Shown here in pieces: positions 25,522 through 39,730 of a stretch of 64,000 nucleotides of DNA (within the stretch, counting starts at the first letter, position 1; every line of letters starts with the position of its first letter). The notes below the pieces were generated by a model, which saw only the letters and a program-made list of their open reading frames with translations, had not been told where the DNA came from and did not search any database. The stretch is taken from contig OX597840.1 in NCBI GenBank assembly GCA_951406725.2, positions 38,626,001 to 38,690,000 on the forward strand, read 5' to 3'. The DNA comes from Octopus vulgaris. Its lineage: Eukaryota. The position numbers and the translations under genes were made by a program.

Positions 25522-26030
25522 GTACACGTGCAGAAATATATATATTTCTGGCAGTTTCCATGGATATTCCAAAGTCATTTTGAAAACGGTATAATTGTTC
25601 GAAGTTTTGAGGGCCAATAGTCATAATTTCCGTTCGAACTATTTGACACTTTAGATTGTGAATCATCTCCCGTATCCCATGACTATTTACTCCGTGAATA
25701 AATAATGCAGAGAAGAAACAAGAAAAAAAGTCTAATTTATTGCTCACATATTTAATGAAAGGCGCATCGCAATCTTAATTAGAATTGATTAGGTGTGAAA
25801 CAAACAAAAATCTAATTATATACACTGACTATTACACTGTTCAACATTTGTTTTTCTTTGGTCAGTCTGTGAAATTCGTTATTTACTGCTATCTGGAAAT
25901 GAGAGGAGATGACAATTATTCACTTCAGACTTTGCTTTTGTGCCCTGGACACCAATGGTTGAAACTGGTTTATCTTCCATAACATTTCCTACAAATTCAG
26001 CGCTGAGTTGCTGAAGCAGATTTATCGGTA

Positions 26031-26429
26031 TCTTTATATATAAAAGTAAGGTTGTGTGTCTGTCTCCCACGATTTAGATTCCTAACTACTCCCACATTTT
26101 GCGGTACAGTTTAACCAAAACCGGGTATCTTATAGTCGTGATTCATATCGAGCCCTTCTGGGTATTAGCGCGCGGCTACGATGAGTCTACGATTTTAAAA
26201 ATAATTTACCATCATTTTTTTCCATTTTAATGCATTTGTTTCGCTATTATATATGGGAAGTAACTCTCTAAAAATGTCTACGAAGTGTCAACGATTTAAA
26301 AATAAAAATTACCATATTTTTTTTCCATTTTTAATGCATTTTTGTGCTATATTTTGGCTATAACTCTCTAAAAATGCTTATATAGTTATTTCCCTTACAG
26401 ACCAGAGCAACGCCAGGCGATACTGCTAG
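26031..26429 (+). mobile_element. Non-autonomous Helitron (family H1)
   Basis: A|TCTTTATATATAAAAG ... CCAGAGCAACGCCAGG ... TACTGCTAG|T; homologous to 48821-49227 and 56454-56852. Confidence 0.92.
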
Positions 26430-28183
26430 TAACAAATATTCTTCTTGATGCTAAAGATTTGCTTATCCGTTGCTTTGATCTTAACCACTTGAGCATGTCT
26501 CTTGGTGGCTTACAATGTGTGCATCTCTGATGAGGTGCAGGAGTAGTGGGGAATATCATAGCCATATTTGGGGCTTGAATATATATATATGTATCAAAAG
26601 CAAAGTTTCAAGGAAATATCAGCCATTTTGCATACTTTCTGGGGCTAAGCAAATTGCTAACGAAGGACAAAAATAGTGTTAAACAGTGTTTTATTTTAAT
26701 TATTTACTAATTGTCTTTTTCTCTAAGTGCAAAATAATTAGTTCTATTCTGAATTTTAGATTTTATTTGAATTTTATTCAGCTATGATTTATGAGAAAAA
26801 ACATGTACATCTCAACTCTTTCTCAATCACACATACCTCACCTCCTGCCTCATATATGCCATGCATTACTGGGGGATTCTGGGAAATCGTCATAGATCTT
26901 TGGATCCAAAAAATATATTCATTTCTTTTTAGCGAGACATGGAAATGTGAAAACTAATTTTTCGCGGCAGACATACCACAGCTAGAGATTTCTTCCAACC
27001 ACCAGAGGAGTATAGATATTCTGGAAAGTTATAGTGGGTCTTGGAGGAATATAATTTGGAAAGCACTGCCCTATATGAATACTGAACGTTATCTTCAAAC
27101 GTGCGAAGTGGTCGGTTATAAATTTTACGTCAACAACTTCTGTCTATCACATATGCTTCAACTATGGCTCACTCTATTAGAATTTCTTGCCCTCATTCTC
27201 CATAAATTTTCTGTTTACCCACCCACGAAGTCCTCCACTAAATACTGGGTAGAATCTTTTCTTCTGAGAACACTGTTCATGATGAATACTTTCGCGAACA
27301 TATTCCTTGAAATCATCAACTTGCTCACTGAAGGCATTCCCTACCCATAGGTCCAGTTTCTTCCACAAAACTTCTACTAAAAGAATACATATCTATTACA
27401 TTAAAACGGACTTCGCTACTATTGGAGGCCATCAAAAATCGGTGAGATGGCAGGACCATTAGCACCTCGGACCATTCAGAAAGAGATAGGCCTACTAGAA
27501 ATAACAGGTATACCATCCTCACTTTAGGATAATTAGGAAGGCACGTTAGGTAAGTTAGTCATACTCGTACTTATAAAGGCAAGACATGGCTTCTGAAATG
27601 GGTTTGGACTTCATCGGAGTGCTGGATCACGTATGACCTGGGGTTAAACAACAACAGCAGAAAACAATACTTGTTATAAAGTTTTATGAGGTAAAAAGAT
27701 TACGTTTACGTGGAGTGTGAACTAATTTTCTCACGCCGGTTACTTGCTTCGGTTCCATATGGAGTCGATAGCGCTATTATTACAAACAGATCTGAGGGTT
27801 GGTTAATTGAATCAACAAGTTTGACCCAACTGCCAAACAACGAGTGCAGTCCATGCCTCATGCTTCTACAACTCAAAGGCCATTCATAAGACTTTGCATA
27901 GAGATGCTTGTGAAAGGAACAGTATAGAAGAACGGGACCTGTGATTAATTAATTTTAAAACGAGCATATTACCTGCATGCAATTAAAACTGGGTTTAGTA
28001 ATATATTTTACCAGTAAAAATATACATTAATTACATAAAAGGTTCCCTCAAACACAAATATTTCCTTCTTGAACAACACCAATTTAAAATTCCTCAAATT
28101 CGATGAGAGATTCTGTAGGTGTTTTATCTATCTCTATACAAAATTACTCTGTTTTGGTGGTTTGTTAAATGTATATGTATATA

Positions 28184-28280
<97 letters not shown>

Positions 28281-28286
28281 GTATAT

Positions 28287-28323
<37 letters not shown>

Positions 28324-28349
28324 TACACAGACACACATACACACACATG

Positions 28350-28401
<52 letters not shown>

Positions 28402-29103
28402 AAGAGACAGTCAACACACACCCATGCACATACACAAATGTGTAGATTGACGTAATTCGCCATTTTATACTGCAAGAAGTATGGCTTAAAACAAACATTT
28501 TTCTCTCTATTTTTATTTCATTTCGTTTTATTTATTGCGTTTTTACTGGGTTGCTGATAAATGAGAAATTGATAGATTAACGAAAATTAAATTGCAGCTC
28601 GGTTAAAAAAATAAAACGATAGAATCGAGCAGAAAAAAAAGAAAAGGAAAGAATTCTCTAATTCATCATATGATTGAAGTCAAAGTACTGTTGAATGTTT
28701 TCTCCTCAAAATATAATGAAGATATATTTCACCATTTCCTTGAAAACAGCAATTAGAATGGAAATGGCTTTTACTGTTCACATTATTCAGTTTGGTAAAG
28801 CGAGGAACAGTTGGAATCGTGAGAACGTCGAATACAACGTGTTGTGGTATTTATACCGAATTATTGTCCATCTGCTTTTAAACACGAAATAAATCTACTT
28901 TCAGTTTCAGGTTTTGAAGAGAAAATAACATCGTATAGCAAGGAAGCAAACTTCTATATCCCTCTTCAAGACGGTGACTTCGCTGCATCGTCAGCACTCC
29001 AGATGAAATGCTCAGCTTCATTTCATCCATTTTTACCTTTGGAACTCAAATCCCATCGTGGTCGACGTTGCCTCGTACTTTTTCGGGGTTGATATAATAA
29101 CTA

Positions 29104-29587
29104 ACTCTTTTACTCTTTTACTCTTTTTCTTGTTTCAGTCATTTGAATGCGGCCATGCTGGAGCACCACCTTTAGTTGAGCGAATCGACCCCGGGACTTA
29201 TTCTTTATAAGCCCAGTACTTATTCTATTTGCCGAACCGCTAAGTGACGGGGACGTAAACACACCAGCATCGGTTGTCAAGCAATGCTAGGGGGACAAAG
29301 ACATACACACAAACATATACACACACACTTATATATACATACATATATAAATGGCGGTGCCCCAGCATGGCCACAGCTCATAAGCTGAAACTAGAATCAA
29401 TCAATCAATCAATCAATCATATACGATGGGCTTCTTTCAGTTTCTGTCTACCAAATCCACTCACAAGGCATTGGTCGGCCCGGGGCTATAGCAGAAGACA
29501 CTTGCCCAAGACGCCACGCAGTGGGTCTGAACCCGGAACCATGTGGTTGGTTAGCAAGCTACTTACCACACAGCCACTCCTGCGCCT
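29104..29587 (-). mobile_element. SINE family A with internal insertion
   Basis: Colinear with 6604-7022; extra segment about 29350-29420 ending in (ATCA)n. Confidence 0.92.
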
Positions 29588-29739
29588 TTTACGTTTATTT
29601 AATCTACTTACCCCACCTTCGAACCTACCCAATATTTTATCTCTTCGAAGGTAGGCAACTTGCAGCCTCGTTAAAACTTCGGAAAATGTTGTTCGGTAGG
29701 ACATACCCAGCTCCTATCTATGAGTTATTATTTTATTCT

Positions 29740-30306
<567 letters not shown>

Positions 30307-31009
30307 CGAAGATACTTTAAAGGGTAGATTGGGCTTCCAAGCTGCGATGGAACAAACCAATCTAGAAGGAGGATAACTCCAAAATTAATACTCCCTTGCA
30401 GCATGCCCTAAACCAGCAAGTGTAAGGCTGATGGGCGCAACATGGTGTGTATCCAGTAAACAAGAATATTACTATAGTTACGGAATATTTTGGTAATGCG
30501 CTTTTTTGTCGCAAGCGGAGATAGCGGAGATAGTGGTGGAATGTGGTACGTGAGATCTGCAAGTAGTCTGGAGTCATTTGTCGACGTGGTCAATTCTGGA
30601 TATAAAGACAAAGCTACGTCCATCTGGTTTCAGCCAGCTGTATATCTCTACTGTCGCTGAGTACGTGGTAATAACTACATAAACTTCGCAAACGAAATCT
30701 TGCTGTGTGCAAACAAGAAACTAACCATTATTAATGAGAAGGCTGTCAAAGTCGGGAAGTTTACTGTGATTGGCAATTAATAGGTGATTAAGGAGTATTC
30801 TGCAGTGTAAGCTGTTTCATGAAGATATATATGTATGCTTATGTGTATATATATTCGTTATAAGATCATAAATCAGGAGACGATGATACCCTATAAAATA
30901 TAGAGCACTTGTTTATATTTCTATGTGTAAAGGAGAAAAACATTGTTTGCAGAGAGCAGTTATCGTTTGGAGAAGCTCAAGATATGTCTAGTTCACGCGA
31001 GATATGAAA

Positions 31010-31114
<105 letters not shown>

Positions 31115-31134
31115 GTACATACATGCCTGCATAT

Positions 31135-31430
31135 TGTAGTAATGGTAAGATAACAAAAGGATGAATGAGACTTCGATATTATGTAAATAGAGGAATTTAT
31201 CTGTAAATATAATGCGTGACAGTTATTCGGTTGCTATAATAAGACTCCGAGGTTCGGATGTCGGGGCGGAGAACTGCTCCGGCATCTCGTCAGTTGTCGA
31301 GGTAATCAAAATATGCTATGAAAATGAGCGTTTCATATTCAAAGAGAGAAGTTGTGAATCCAACCAAGGGATAGTATTCAAACAATATACTGCTGGTAAA
31401 ATACCCAAATTATTAATACACAAATGTTGG
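31135..31430 (-). mobile_element. PLE-like terminal-repeat remnant with hammerhead-like motif
   Basis: Minus strand GACAA-CTGACGA-GATGCCGGAGCAG(ttct)CCGCCCCGACATC-C-GAAC-CTCGGA-GTC-TTATT (about 31238-31298); (TA)n on both sides. Confidence 0.6.
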
Positions 31431-31786
31431 TTATATATATATATAGTAATATATATATAACTGTATGTATAGTCAAATCGAAATATATGTGTCATTATAG
31501 ATATAAATGTGTGTGTGTGTGTTGCATGCGCTTGTGCGTGTGTGAGTGTGTACATATGTCTGTGTGAATGTGTGTGTGCGCGCGCGTTCTTCTTTGTGTT
31601 TTCTCTTTGTTCTTCGACAGCATCATAACTGGGTTTAATTTGCTTACGTACCCAGACATAACATTTTACATAAAGAGGCCAATACTCTAAAAAAAAGCAA
31701 GCTAGTGTGCCCCAGTATGGTCGCAATCAAGTAAAAGTATAAACCTAAAACATATATATATATATATATATAAATTTATATCACAA

Positions 31787-32005
31787 AGACCTCGAGCCTA
31801 CAAGAGTAAGCAAGAGAGACAGAGACAGGCAGAAACAAGGAAAATGCCGCTTGTATTTGAACACTATACAAATATTCTTTTCTTTTCTTTTAATTTTTCT
31901 TAATTTAATTGTTAAATTTTTACAGGTGAAAAAGTCTCAGTGACTGAAAGCGGTAATGTTTTTTTAGAAAATTATTTTAGCATTTTGTATCTTGACTTTT
32001 TTTCC
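31787..32005 (+). mobile_element. PLE-like terminal-repeat remnant
   Basis: Homolog of 22290-22528 in opposite orientation; decayed motif ACAG-GTGAAAA-AGTCtcagtGACT-GAAAG-CG-GTA-ATGT. Confidence 0.6.
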
Positions 32006-32041
32006 ATATATATATATATTTATATATATATATTTTTATAT

Positions 32042-32225
32042 AAAGTTAATCCAAACATGAAGACACAAAGAGAAAACACGACAACGTGAGGCCGTGGAAC
32101 AAGTATAGTATTATTGGATGCCCAGGAAAGAGGGTTTAACGTTTCGAGCGGAGCACTTCGTCGGAAACATGGGAAAAGGAAAGATCCAAGGAAGGGAAGA
32201 CGGAGGAAAAAATCGCCAACAGTAC
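32042..32225 (-). mobile_element. PLE-like terminal-repeat remnant with hammerhead-like motif
   Basis: Minus strand GTTT-CCGACGA-A-GTGCtccGCTC-GAAAC-GTT-AAAC at 32134-32168. Confidence 0.55.
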
Positions 32226-32926
32226 ACACACACACACACATATATGAATATATATATACATAAGTACACACACACAGACAAGCACGCACACACACACACA
32301 CTCACAATACAAAGGTTCGATGAAGTAAGCTCGTTGCAAACATACAGTTCTCTTTAAGTTTTATTTATCCCTTATAAGTGACATATTACTCTCTTGATCA
32401 CCAACAACCAGCAAAGAGTCAAAATAAAATAACAACACAAGAACGATCTTAACGTGGAATTATCTTAACGAAACAGCAAAGGAAATATAACCACACTCCT
32501 GTCCTGCACCGTAAATTTCTCTTGAAATAATAGTTTCAGTTAAGTAAGTTTTAAAGATGAAAATTCTACATAAAATGCAAACGGATTTTCACACCACGGT
32601 CGGTGTGAAATAACTTCATTAAGACTACAACACAAAACGAAATAACATTTTCACACGTCAAAGTCGCATGTTTCCTATTTTTGAATACTTTTATTTACAT
32701 TTGGTGAGGAGGGAGTTTATTTCTGCATGTATGCACCGATGGTTATACGTACACAGACGCACACGCAATTTGTATCAATACATACCTAAATATATACATA
32801 GGTATATGCATATATAATGGGTGTGGGTTTACATATATATCCATATATGTGTGTGCTTGCGTGTGTAAGTGCACATATACATGTATATATCTGTTTAATT
32901 AAGTATGCATATAGACGCATGCAGAA

Positions 32927-32965
<39 letters not shown>

Positions 32966-33097
32966 CATATATATATATACACACATATATATATATATAC
33001 ACACACATATATATATATACATGTATATACACACACACATATTTATATATATATTTTTATATGCTTATGTATGTATGACTATATCGATATATATATA

Positions 33098-33129
<32 letters not shown>

Positions 33130-33176
33130 CATACATGTATACATACATATACATGACTATCTATCTAGAGAAGTAT

Positions 33177-33241
<65 letters not shown>

Positions 33242-33646
33242 TATACAACTATATATATATATATACACACACATATATATATGCATAGACAAATGAATGG
33301 GTGTGTACATATTTGTATATTATTATGTGTTTCTTAGTGTGTTCGGATTAGACAGGTAATAGTTTGACTTAAGCTTCCCGCAGCTTCTGCTAAATACGCT
33401 GAAGGGTGAAGCTGTAATAAAAACGAGATAAGCCGTGGATGTATCTGATAGATTCTCCGATGAGCTCTGCTTCCCCATTAATTGAGACCTTTTAAAGAAA
33501 ACCTAATCACAGATGAGACTTATAATACTGAAGATCAGGAATGGTGAGGACAGGTACGATGGTAGCGGTGGTGATAATGATGACGATTTGGCATGGTGAA
33601 CGATAGTGGTAATGAGCATGATGATGATGATGATGAGGACGATGAA

Positions 33647-33680
<34 letters not shown>

Positions 33681-33942
33681 GTGGTGAGGGGAATCATGCT
33701 GATAATCTTGACGATAATGCGGATTGAGCATGATACTGTCGATGGTATTTCCTCGAAGCCTTTTCGGAACGTTGGAAATGATAATAACAACTACAACAAC
33801 AACAACAACAACAACAATAATAATAATAATAAGATAATAATGATAACACTTATAACAACAACAAAAGGAATAATTATGATTATAATCTAAATAATGATAA
33901 TAATAACATCAACAATGATAATAAAATTATAATAATAAGACA

Positions 33943-34311
33943 AAGAAGAAGAAGAGGAGGAGGAGAAGAAGAAGAAGAAGAAGAAGGAGGAGGAGGAGGA
34001 GGAGGAGAAGAAGAAGAAGAAGGAGGAGAAGAAGAAGAAGAAGAAGAAGAAGAAGAGGAGGAAGATGAGGGGGATGAGAAGAAGAAGAAGAGGAAGAATA
34101 GAAGAAGAAGAAGAAGAAGAAGAAGAAGAAGAAGAAGAAGAAAAAGAAGAAGAAGAAGAAAACGAAGAAGAAGAAGAAGAAGGAAATGAAGAAGAAGAAG
34201 AAGAAGAAGAAGAAGAAGAAGAAGAAGAAGAAGAAGAAGAAGAAGAAGAAGAAGAAGAAGAAGAAGAAGAAGAAGAAGAAGAAGAAGAAGAAGAAGAAGA
34301 AGAAGAAGAAG
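33943..34311. repeat. (GAA/GAG)n polypurine tract
   Basis: About 370 bp of almost pure purines; source of the poly-E and poly-F ORFs. Confidence 0.97.
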
Positions 34312-34426
34312 ATTGTTTTGTTTGCTGAAAGCTTGTGAATAAGAAAGGTTAAAAGTTTTAACCCGCTACTCACATATAATAATAATAATAATAAATGTTC
34401 CTCTATTTGTAATTGTTAATAATAAT

Positions 34427-34905
34427 AAATGTCCTGATGCAGTACCAGGCAGTGGTTCTCATGGCTTCTGATCTTACCTGATTGGAAGTGTTATCATGTA
34501 CATTGTTTTGTCTTGGTATAAGAGATGGGCTACAGCAAATATTCTGCTCAATACCACAGATTTGCTTGTCAGTTGTTTGACCTTAGATATGTGCATCTCT
34601 GATCACGAGCAGAAGTAATGGGGGAGCATCATAGCCATGTGTTGAGAGGAATTCTTTGGGCTTTGTTTAATTCACCTCTGGAAACATTGGTGCTTCGTTG
34701 AACATCCTTAAACAATCCTTATTCAGGGACCTTTTGAACGGGATGGGCTACTCGACCAGAAGAAATTTCTAACAGGGCCCCACCTGCAAGGTCATGCGCT
34801 GTTTATCTTGATATGAGATCACCATATCGCGCATATATTGTTGTGATGCATGTGCCTGGTGTACCCTTATCAGACGGGTAGTTATGATTGGTATATTGGG
34901 CTTAT
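34427..34905. mobile_element. Unclassified interspersed repeat inserted in (AAT)n
   Basis: Flanked by (AAT)n; a diverged partial copy lies at 26431-26575 (CAAATATTCT..GATTTGCTT..TGTGCATCTCTGAT..ATCATAGCCAT). Confidence 0.6.
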
Positions 34906-34911
34906 ATTTAC

Positions 34912-34945
<34 letters not shown>

Positions 34946-35309
34946 TAAGATAACAGAAGGCGATTCGATTGTAATAGATATTTTATTGATTTAAAGATAT
35001 TTCGACAGTAAGTCTGTCTTTGTCAAGTTCAAATTACGAACTGATAAAAATTCACAATTATAGAAATTCAAATTTAAAGTACGGACGAGAGCAACCAGCG
35101 TCCACACGCTGTTGGGATGACATCTTCATTCTTTAAGTTTCAGTTTTATAACATGCGAAAACAAAAAGACAGAGAAAATGAGGAAATGAAAAAGAAAAGT
35201 AAAAAGAAGAAAATTTAACCAAACAGTTTTGCATCAATTTGATGTCATTTTATTCATTCTCATTTTATACATTCTCCTGTCATTTTATTCATTCCTCCAG
35301 GGCATGATG

Positions 35310-35600
35310 TTAATAACTGCAAACATATTCCTCCTCATGAATTTTGAGGAGGGAAACTGAAGTAAATTCAGAATATTTTCTGAGAATATGCACTTTCAAG
35401 TTGTTTTTTCTGTTTTTTTTTTCAAAATGTAGACATTCCCGGCAGAATGCACGAAACACAACTTCATTTATGTTGGTTGAACAGCAGAACAATTAAACAA
35501 AAGATTTAATGGGCACAGGTATTTTGCCAGACACAGTAACAGTAGCTCGATAGAACGTGCCGAATATTTTGTTTCAAACGGCTGCAATTTTGAATTCAGT
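35310..35600. pseudogene. Penelope-like GIY-YIG endonuclease relic, rearranged
   Basis: Plus strand from 35442: ECTKHNFIYVG*TAEQLNKRFNGHRY..ERAEYFVSNGCNFE. Minus strand 35440-35310: HF..NLKVHILRKY..LLKIHEEEYVC, resembling the C-terminal half. Confidence 0.7.
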
Positions 35601-35917
35601 AATTAAAAATAGAACAAGGTGACTTGGTTCTTTTAAAGACCAACGTAAGCGCTCTCATTGGACGGTAGTAGTTGTAGTAAACACATATGACCTCTGCTGA
35701 CACCTAGGGTGTGATTCTGTGTTTGTCTCCTTATCGCACAGGAATGCTCATAGCTGATCTCTTCAACATCTGCCGAATCTATTTACAGAACTGTGGAATT
35801 TGATTCATTCTCCAAGCTGTCTCTCCTGCTCCTACTATTCCCTTGATCACTCACATATTTATGATTATCTCAAGCACAAGACAAAAGGTGAAACCAAGCA
35901 ACATTCAAGAATACCTT

Positions 35918-35986
<69 letters not shown>

Positions 35987-36009
35987 GCAATAATAATAAT
36001 AATAATTTA

Positions 36010-36690
36010 GCCAAAACTCATGTCGAATCAGAGGGTATATTAACAATTACAAATAGAAGAACAAAATTAGAATAATAATATCACAGAATAGAAATTATTT
36101 GATGAAGCTAGAGCAATAAGAAAAAAAAACTTTGGTTCACAGAAGTAGAGCCGGAAGACGGGTATTGGAAAACAGCAGCAGAGGGAACGATAAAAATACC
36201 AGTTCCTATTGATAAAAAGTAATGCCATAGCTGTAAAGAGAGGTGATGTCTCTAATAAACAACAGGAAGGGAACAGTGATAGCTTGCCCGATGAGAGACA
36301 TATAAATGGTTTGGAAGGAAACAATAAAAGTAATGGTAACATGAGAGATGGGTAAAAAACCATCTACGACAGAATAAAGGCAAGGCTACAGGCGAACGGT
36401 AGCGACATTATTTGCATCCTTAAAAAAGGTTGATCGATGGAAATTGAACCAAGAAACGAAAAACGTCAATGAAATTCTGAAATACATCAGAACAAACAAC
36501 ATCACAGAAAGAAATAATTTGATCAAGGCAGCAAGTATGGTTAAAACAGAAAATGTGTCTGTTGATGTCAAGAAACAGAAATATAATGAGAGTGACAAAA
36601 GAAAAGATCCATGGGGGAAAGGGTTAGACCAAAAAGAAAAGGGGGAGCTTAAATGTGAACAAAAATATAGGGCACTGAAAAGGAAGTTAT
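36010..36690 (+). mobile_element. R4/Dong-type LINE N-terminal ORF relic
   Basis: ARAIRK..WFTEVE and SLKKVDRWKLNQETKNVNEILKYIRTNNITERNNLIKAAS..KDPW, directly after (AAT)n. Confidence 0.6.
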
Positions 36691-37009
36691 ACTATTGAAA
36701 GAAAGGCATGTGCACACACGCCAGCTTAACTGAATTCGTCCTTAGTCGAAAGATACCTGTTGTTTGCATTTGTATTTGTGTACCATTTCTCCGACTTTTT
36801 CCCTCCTCGTTTTCGTATATATTCGCTGTTTCTTCCAGATTGGTACCGAAACTGCAAAAAATAATCAGGAAATCGACTGACGAAAGAAAACTCCGAACGA
36901 CCCGTCCTTGTTTTTTCTTGTCCCTTTTTGTAATTTTTATATACATATAGCGGCGTACATACACTTTGGTCTCTTATACACACACACACACGCACACACA
37001 CACACGCAT

Positions 37010-37042
<33 letters not shown>

Positions 37043-37104
37043 CATATATATATTCACACATACATACACATTTAATAAATGCATATCTAATATATAAATA
37101 CATT

Positions 37105-37500
37105 GCTTACGAACCATATGGTTCCGGTTCATTCTCATTGCGTGGGACCTTAGGCAAGTGTCTTCTACTAGAGCGTCGGGTCGACGAATGCCTTGTGAGT
37201 GGATTTGGTACACGGAAACTGAAAGAAGCCCGTCGTATGTATGTATGTATATATATATATATATCTATGTGTGTGTGTGTGTATGTTTGTGTGTCAGCGT
37301 TTGTCCCGCAACATCGCTTGACAATCGATGCCAGTGTGCTTACGTCCCCATAACTTAGTGGTTCGGCAAAAGAGACCGATAGAATAAGTACTAGGCTTAC
37401 AAAATATAATCCCTGGGGTCGATTTGCTCAACTACATGCTGGTACTCCAGCATGGCCACATTTAAATGACTGAAACAAGTAAAAGAATAAAAGAGTAAAG
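37105..37500 (+). mobile_element. SINE family A
   Basis: Colinear with 49515-49931. Confidence 0.9.
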
Positions 37501-37506
37501 ATTATA

Positions 37507-37550
<44 letters not shown>

Positions 37551-39390
37551 TAATAAATAAAACATATGCATATATATATATACATATATGTACGTACCGA
37601 CCTCTACATGTATATATAGACGCATATATGAGTACAGGACACCTAAAAAACCTCGAACACAATTAGAAATGAAAACAAACCCAAGGAACTGGACATTTTT
37701 CTTAAACAACAAAAAAATAGAGTACGGGGCAAATAACACAAGGAAAAAACCCATTCTTCAGTCGCCATGGTTTCATCTACTCTACGTTTCGAAGATGAAG
37801 GCGAAGGTGTATATATATATACACATATTTAAACGGGCATTTCCGTTCAGTTTCTGTCTACCAAATGCACTCACAAGAGTTTGGTAGAAGAAACCTGTTC
37901 TGAGGGCCAGAAAGTGGGACTGAACTTGAGACTATGTGTTTGCAAAGCAGACTTCTTGCCACTCAGCCTCGCTTGCGCCGACATAATCTTCAGAAATATT
38001 GCAGAGAAATCTAAACTAACAAATAATGTTATGTGATTCTCTAATGATTCTAATAATATCATTGCGTTTGCAATGCGTACGTCAACTCAGATTTCTTTTT
38101 CTGGTGAAATCCATCTGTGTGATGGTGTTATTTTACATCTAATGGAAAATTTCCAAGCTTGCAAAATGTAAGTGTTGAAGGGAAGATAAAGAAAAATGCT
38201 TGACCAACGGATAGCAATCAGCTGACATGTTTTATTAACTTGATCCATATAAAATCAGAAATAGAAACTCCCTACCTTGACACATCGAATAATAAAATCG
38301 TTAAATCGGATATATTTAGGAGAGCCTCGAAATAAGGTAAAACGGCGAAGACTAACGGAGCAATAAAGAATGAAATAAAGGAAAATGGTTTGGTAAGTAT
38401 TTCTAGGGAAGCAATTAGGACGAAATTCCTATTAACGAAAGAGGAACTGAAAATAGGAAGAACAATAAATAGGAAGAACAAAAATGCTGCCCTGGTGCGC
38501 AGCATTAAGAAAAATGGTCGTTTCTGAGTGGATTGACGGCGTCAGTGCTGACGGAGAATAGCTCTAAATAGTAAGCAGATGAATGTTGAATTCAATCAGA
38601 ATGGTTAAGAGAATATTAGAAGATTCCATTAGTACTGATGTTATGGGTGGGGTGTAATAAACATTGCTTGGATATACATGTCAGGGAAATTGGGAATGAT
38701 AGAAGTAATTAAAGAACAGAGAAAGAAATGGTTCGAAAACCTAATAAAATTGCCTTTGTGTAGATATGTAGTTTTATTAATGTGTTAGAAACGGGAAGCA
38801 AGAATTGCTAAAAAGAGGGAGGTGTAAATTACATCACACTATGTGATCCTTGAAGTAAAAACAAAACAAGTTATTGTAGTTTAAAAGTAACTACTACATC
38901 AGAAACAGTACCATTTCTGGTTTTTCATCAGTGATTCTGGTTTATTGCCTAAACAAGGAATAGTGGAAGATTTCAACAATTACTGCATAAATATTGATAC
39001 AACCTTACATGTTCATCACAGAACAGAATTGGTTATAAACAAGAGATAAATATTCTTGCTACACACGGGAATATTAGTCCTAATGATGAGAAATGGAATT
39101 ATTTAGTAACCGGAGAGAGAGAGAGGAAACGCCCCAAAATTCGCTTTCCCAAAATGCGGTTTGTAGTCGCTTGTGTTCTTATTCTTGCTGTTATCGCTGT
39201 TGTTGCAGTTATTGTATAACCAGACTCAGGATCAAAGGCATTTTTCGTGATGATTATCCAATTTTATTCCTAAATAAATTATCACAGACTGGAGTTCTTT
39301 ACGCATTCTGTTTTTTCCCATATTGTGTTTATCACTTAAACATCAAGATAAAATACCTGCTAACTAAATTAGTATGCGCTACATTCATAA

Positions 39391-39460
<70 letters not shown>

Positions 39461-39730
39461 GTGTTCCTCGAGATGTGCGCTGTGCGCAATAAGACTCCTT
39501 TTCTTCAAGACATCAATTTTGCATGGGATCTCCTTAAGACATTTTGAAGTTTTAATGCTAGTAAGCCCAACACTCCGATCACCACTGGTATCACTTTTTC
39601 ATTAGCGTCTCGCATTCCATACAGACTTGCCATTTTCACTTTCAATTCGGAATAATGCAAAGCTATTTTTCTATTAATTCTCTATATCCATTGCTACCTT
39701 GGTCTGCTTTTTTGGTTTATCAACTGTAAA
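39461..39730 (-). mobile_element. R4/Dong-type LINE 3' relic
   Basis: Minus strand EKVIPVVIGVLG...GVLLRTAHISRN, adjacent to (AAT)n. Confidence 0.6.

Noticed and set aside
26840-27370. Possible piggyBac or other DNA-transposase relic (GYKFYVNNF)
   Set aside because: Only one short weak motif; no TIR/TTAA ends or further ordered motifs could be confirmed by eye.
30330-30780. Possible RTE 5' UTR/endonuclease relic
   Set aside because: Only a loose resemblance (AACCAATCTAGAAGGAGGATAACTC); too decayed to call.
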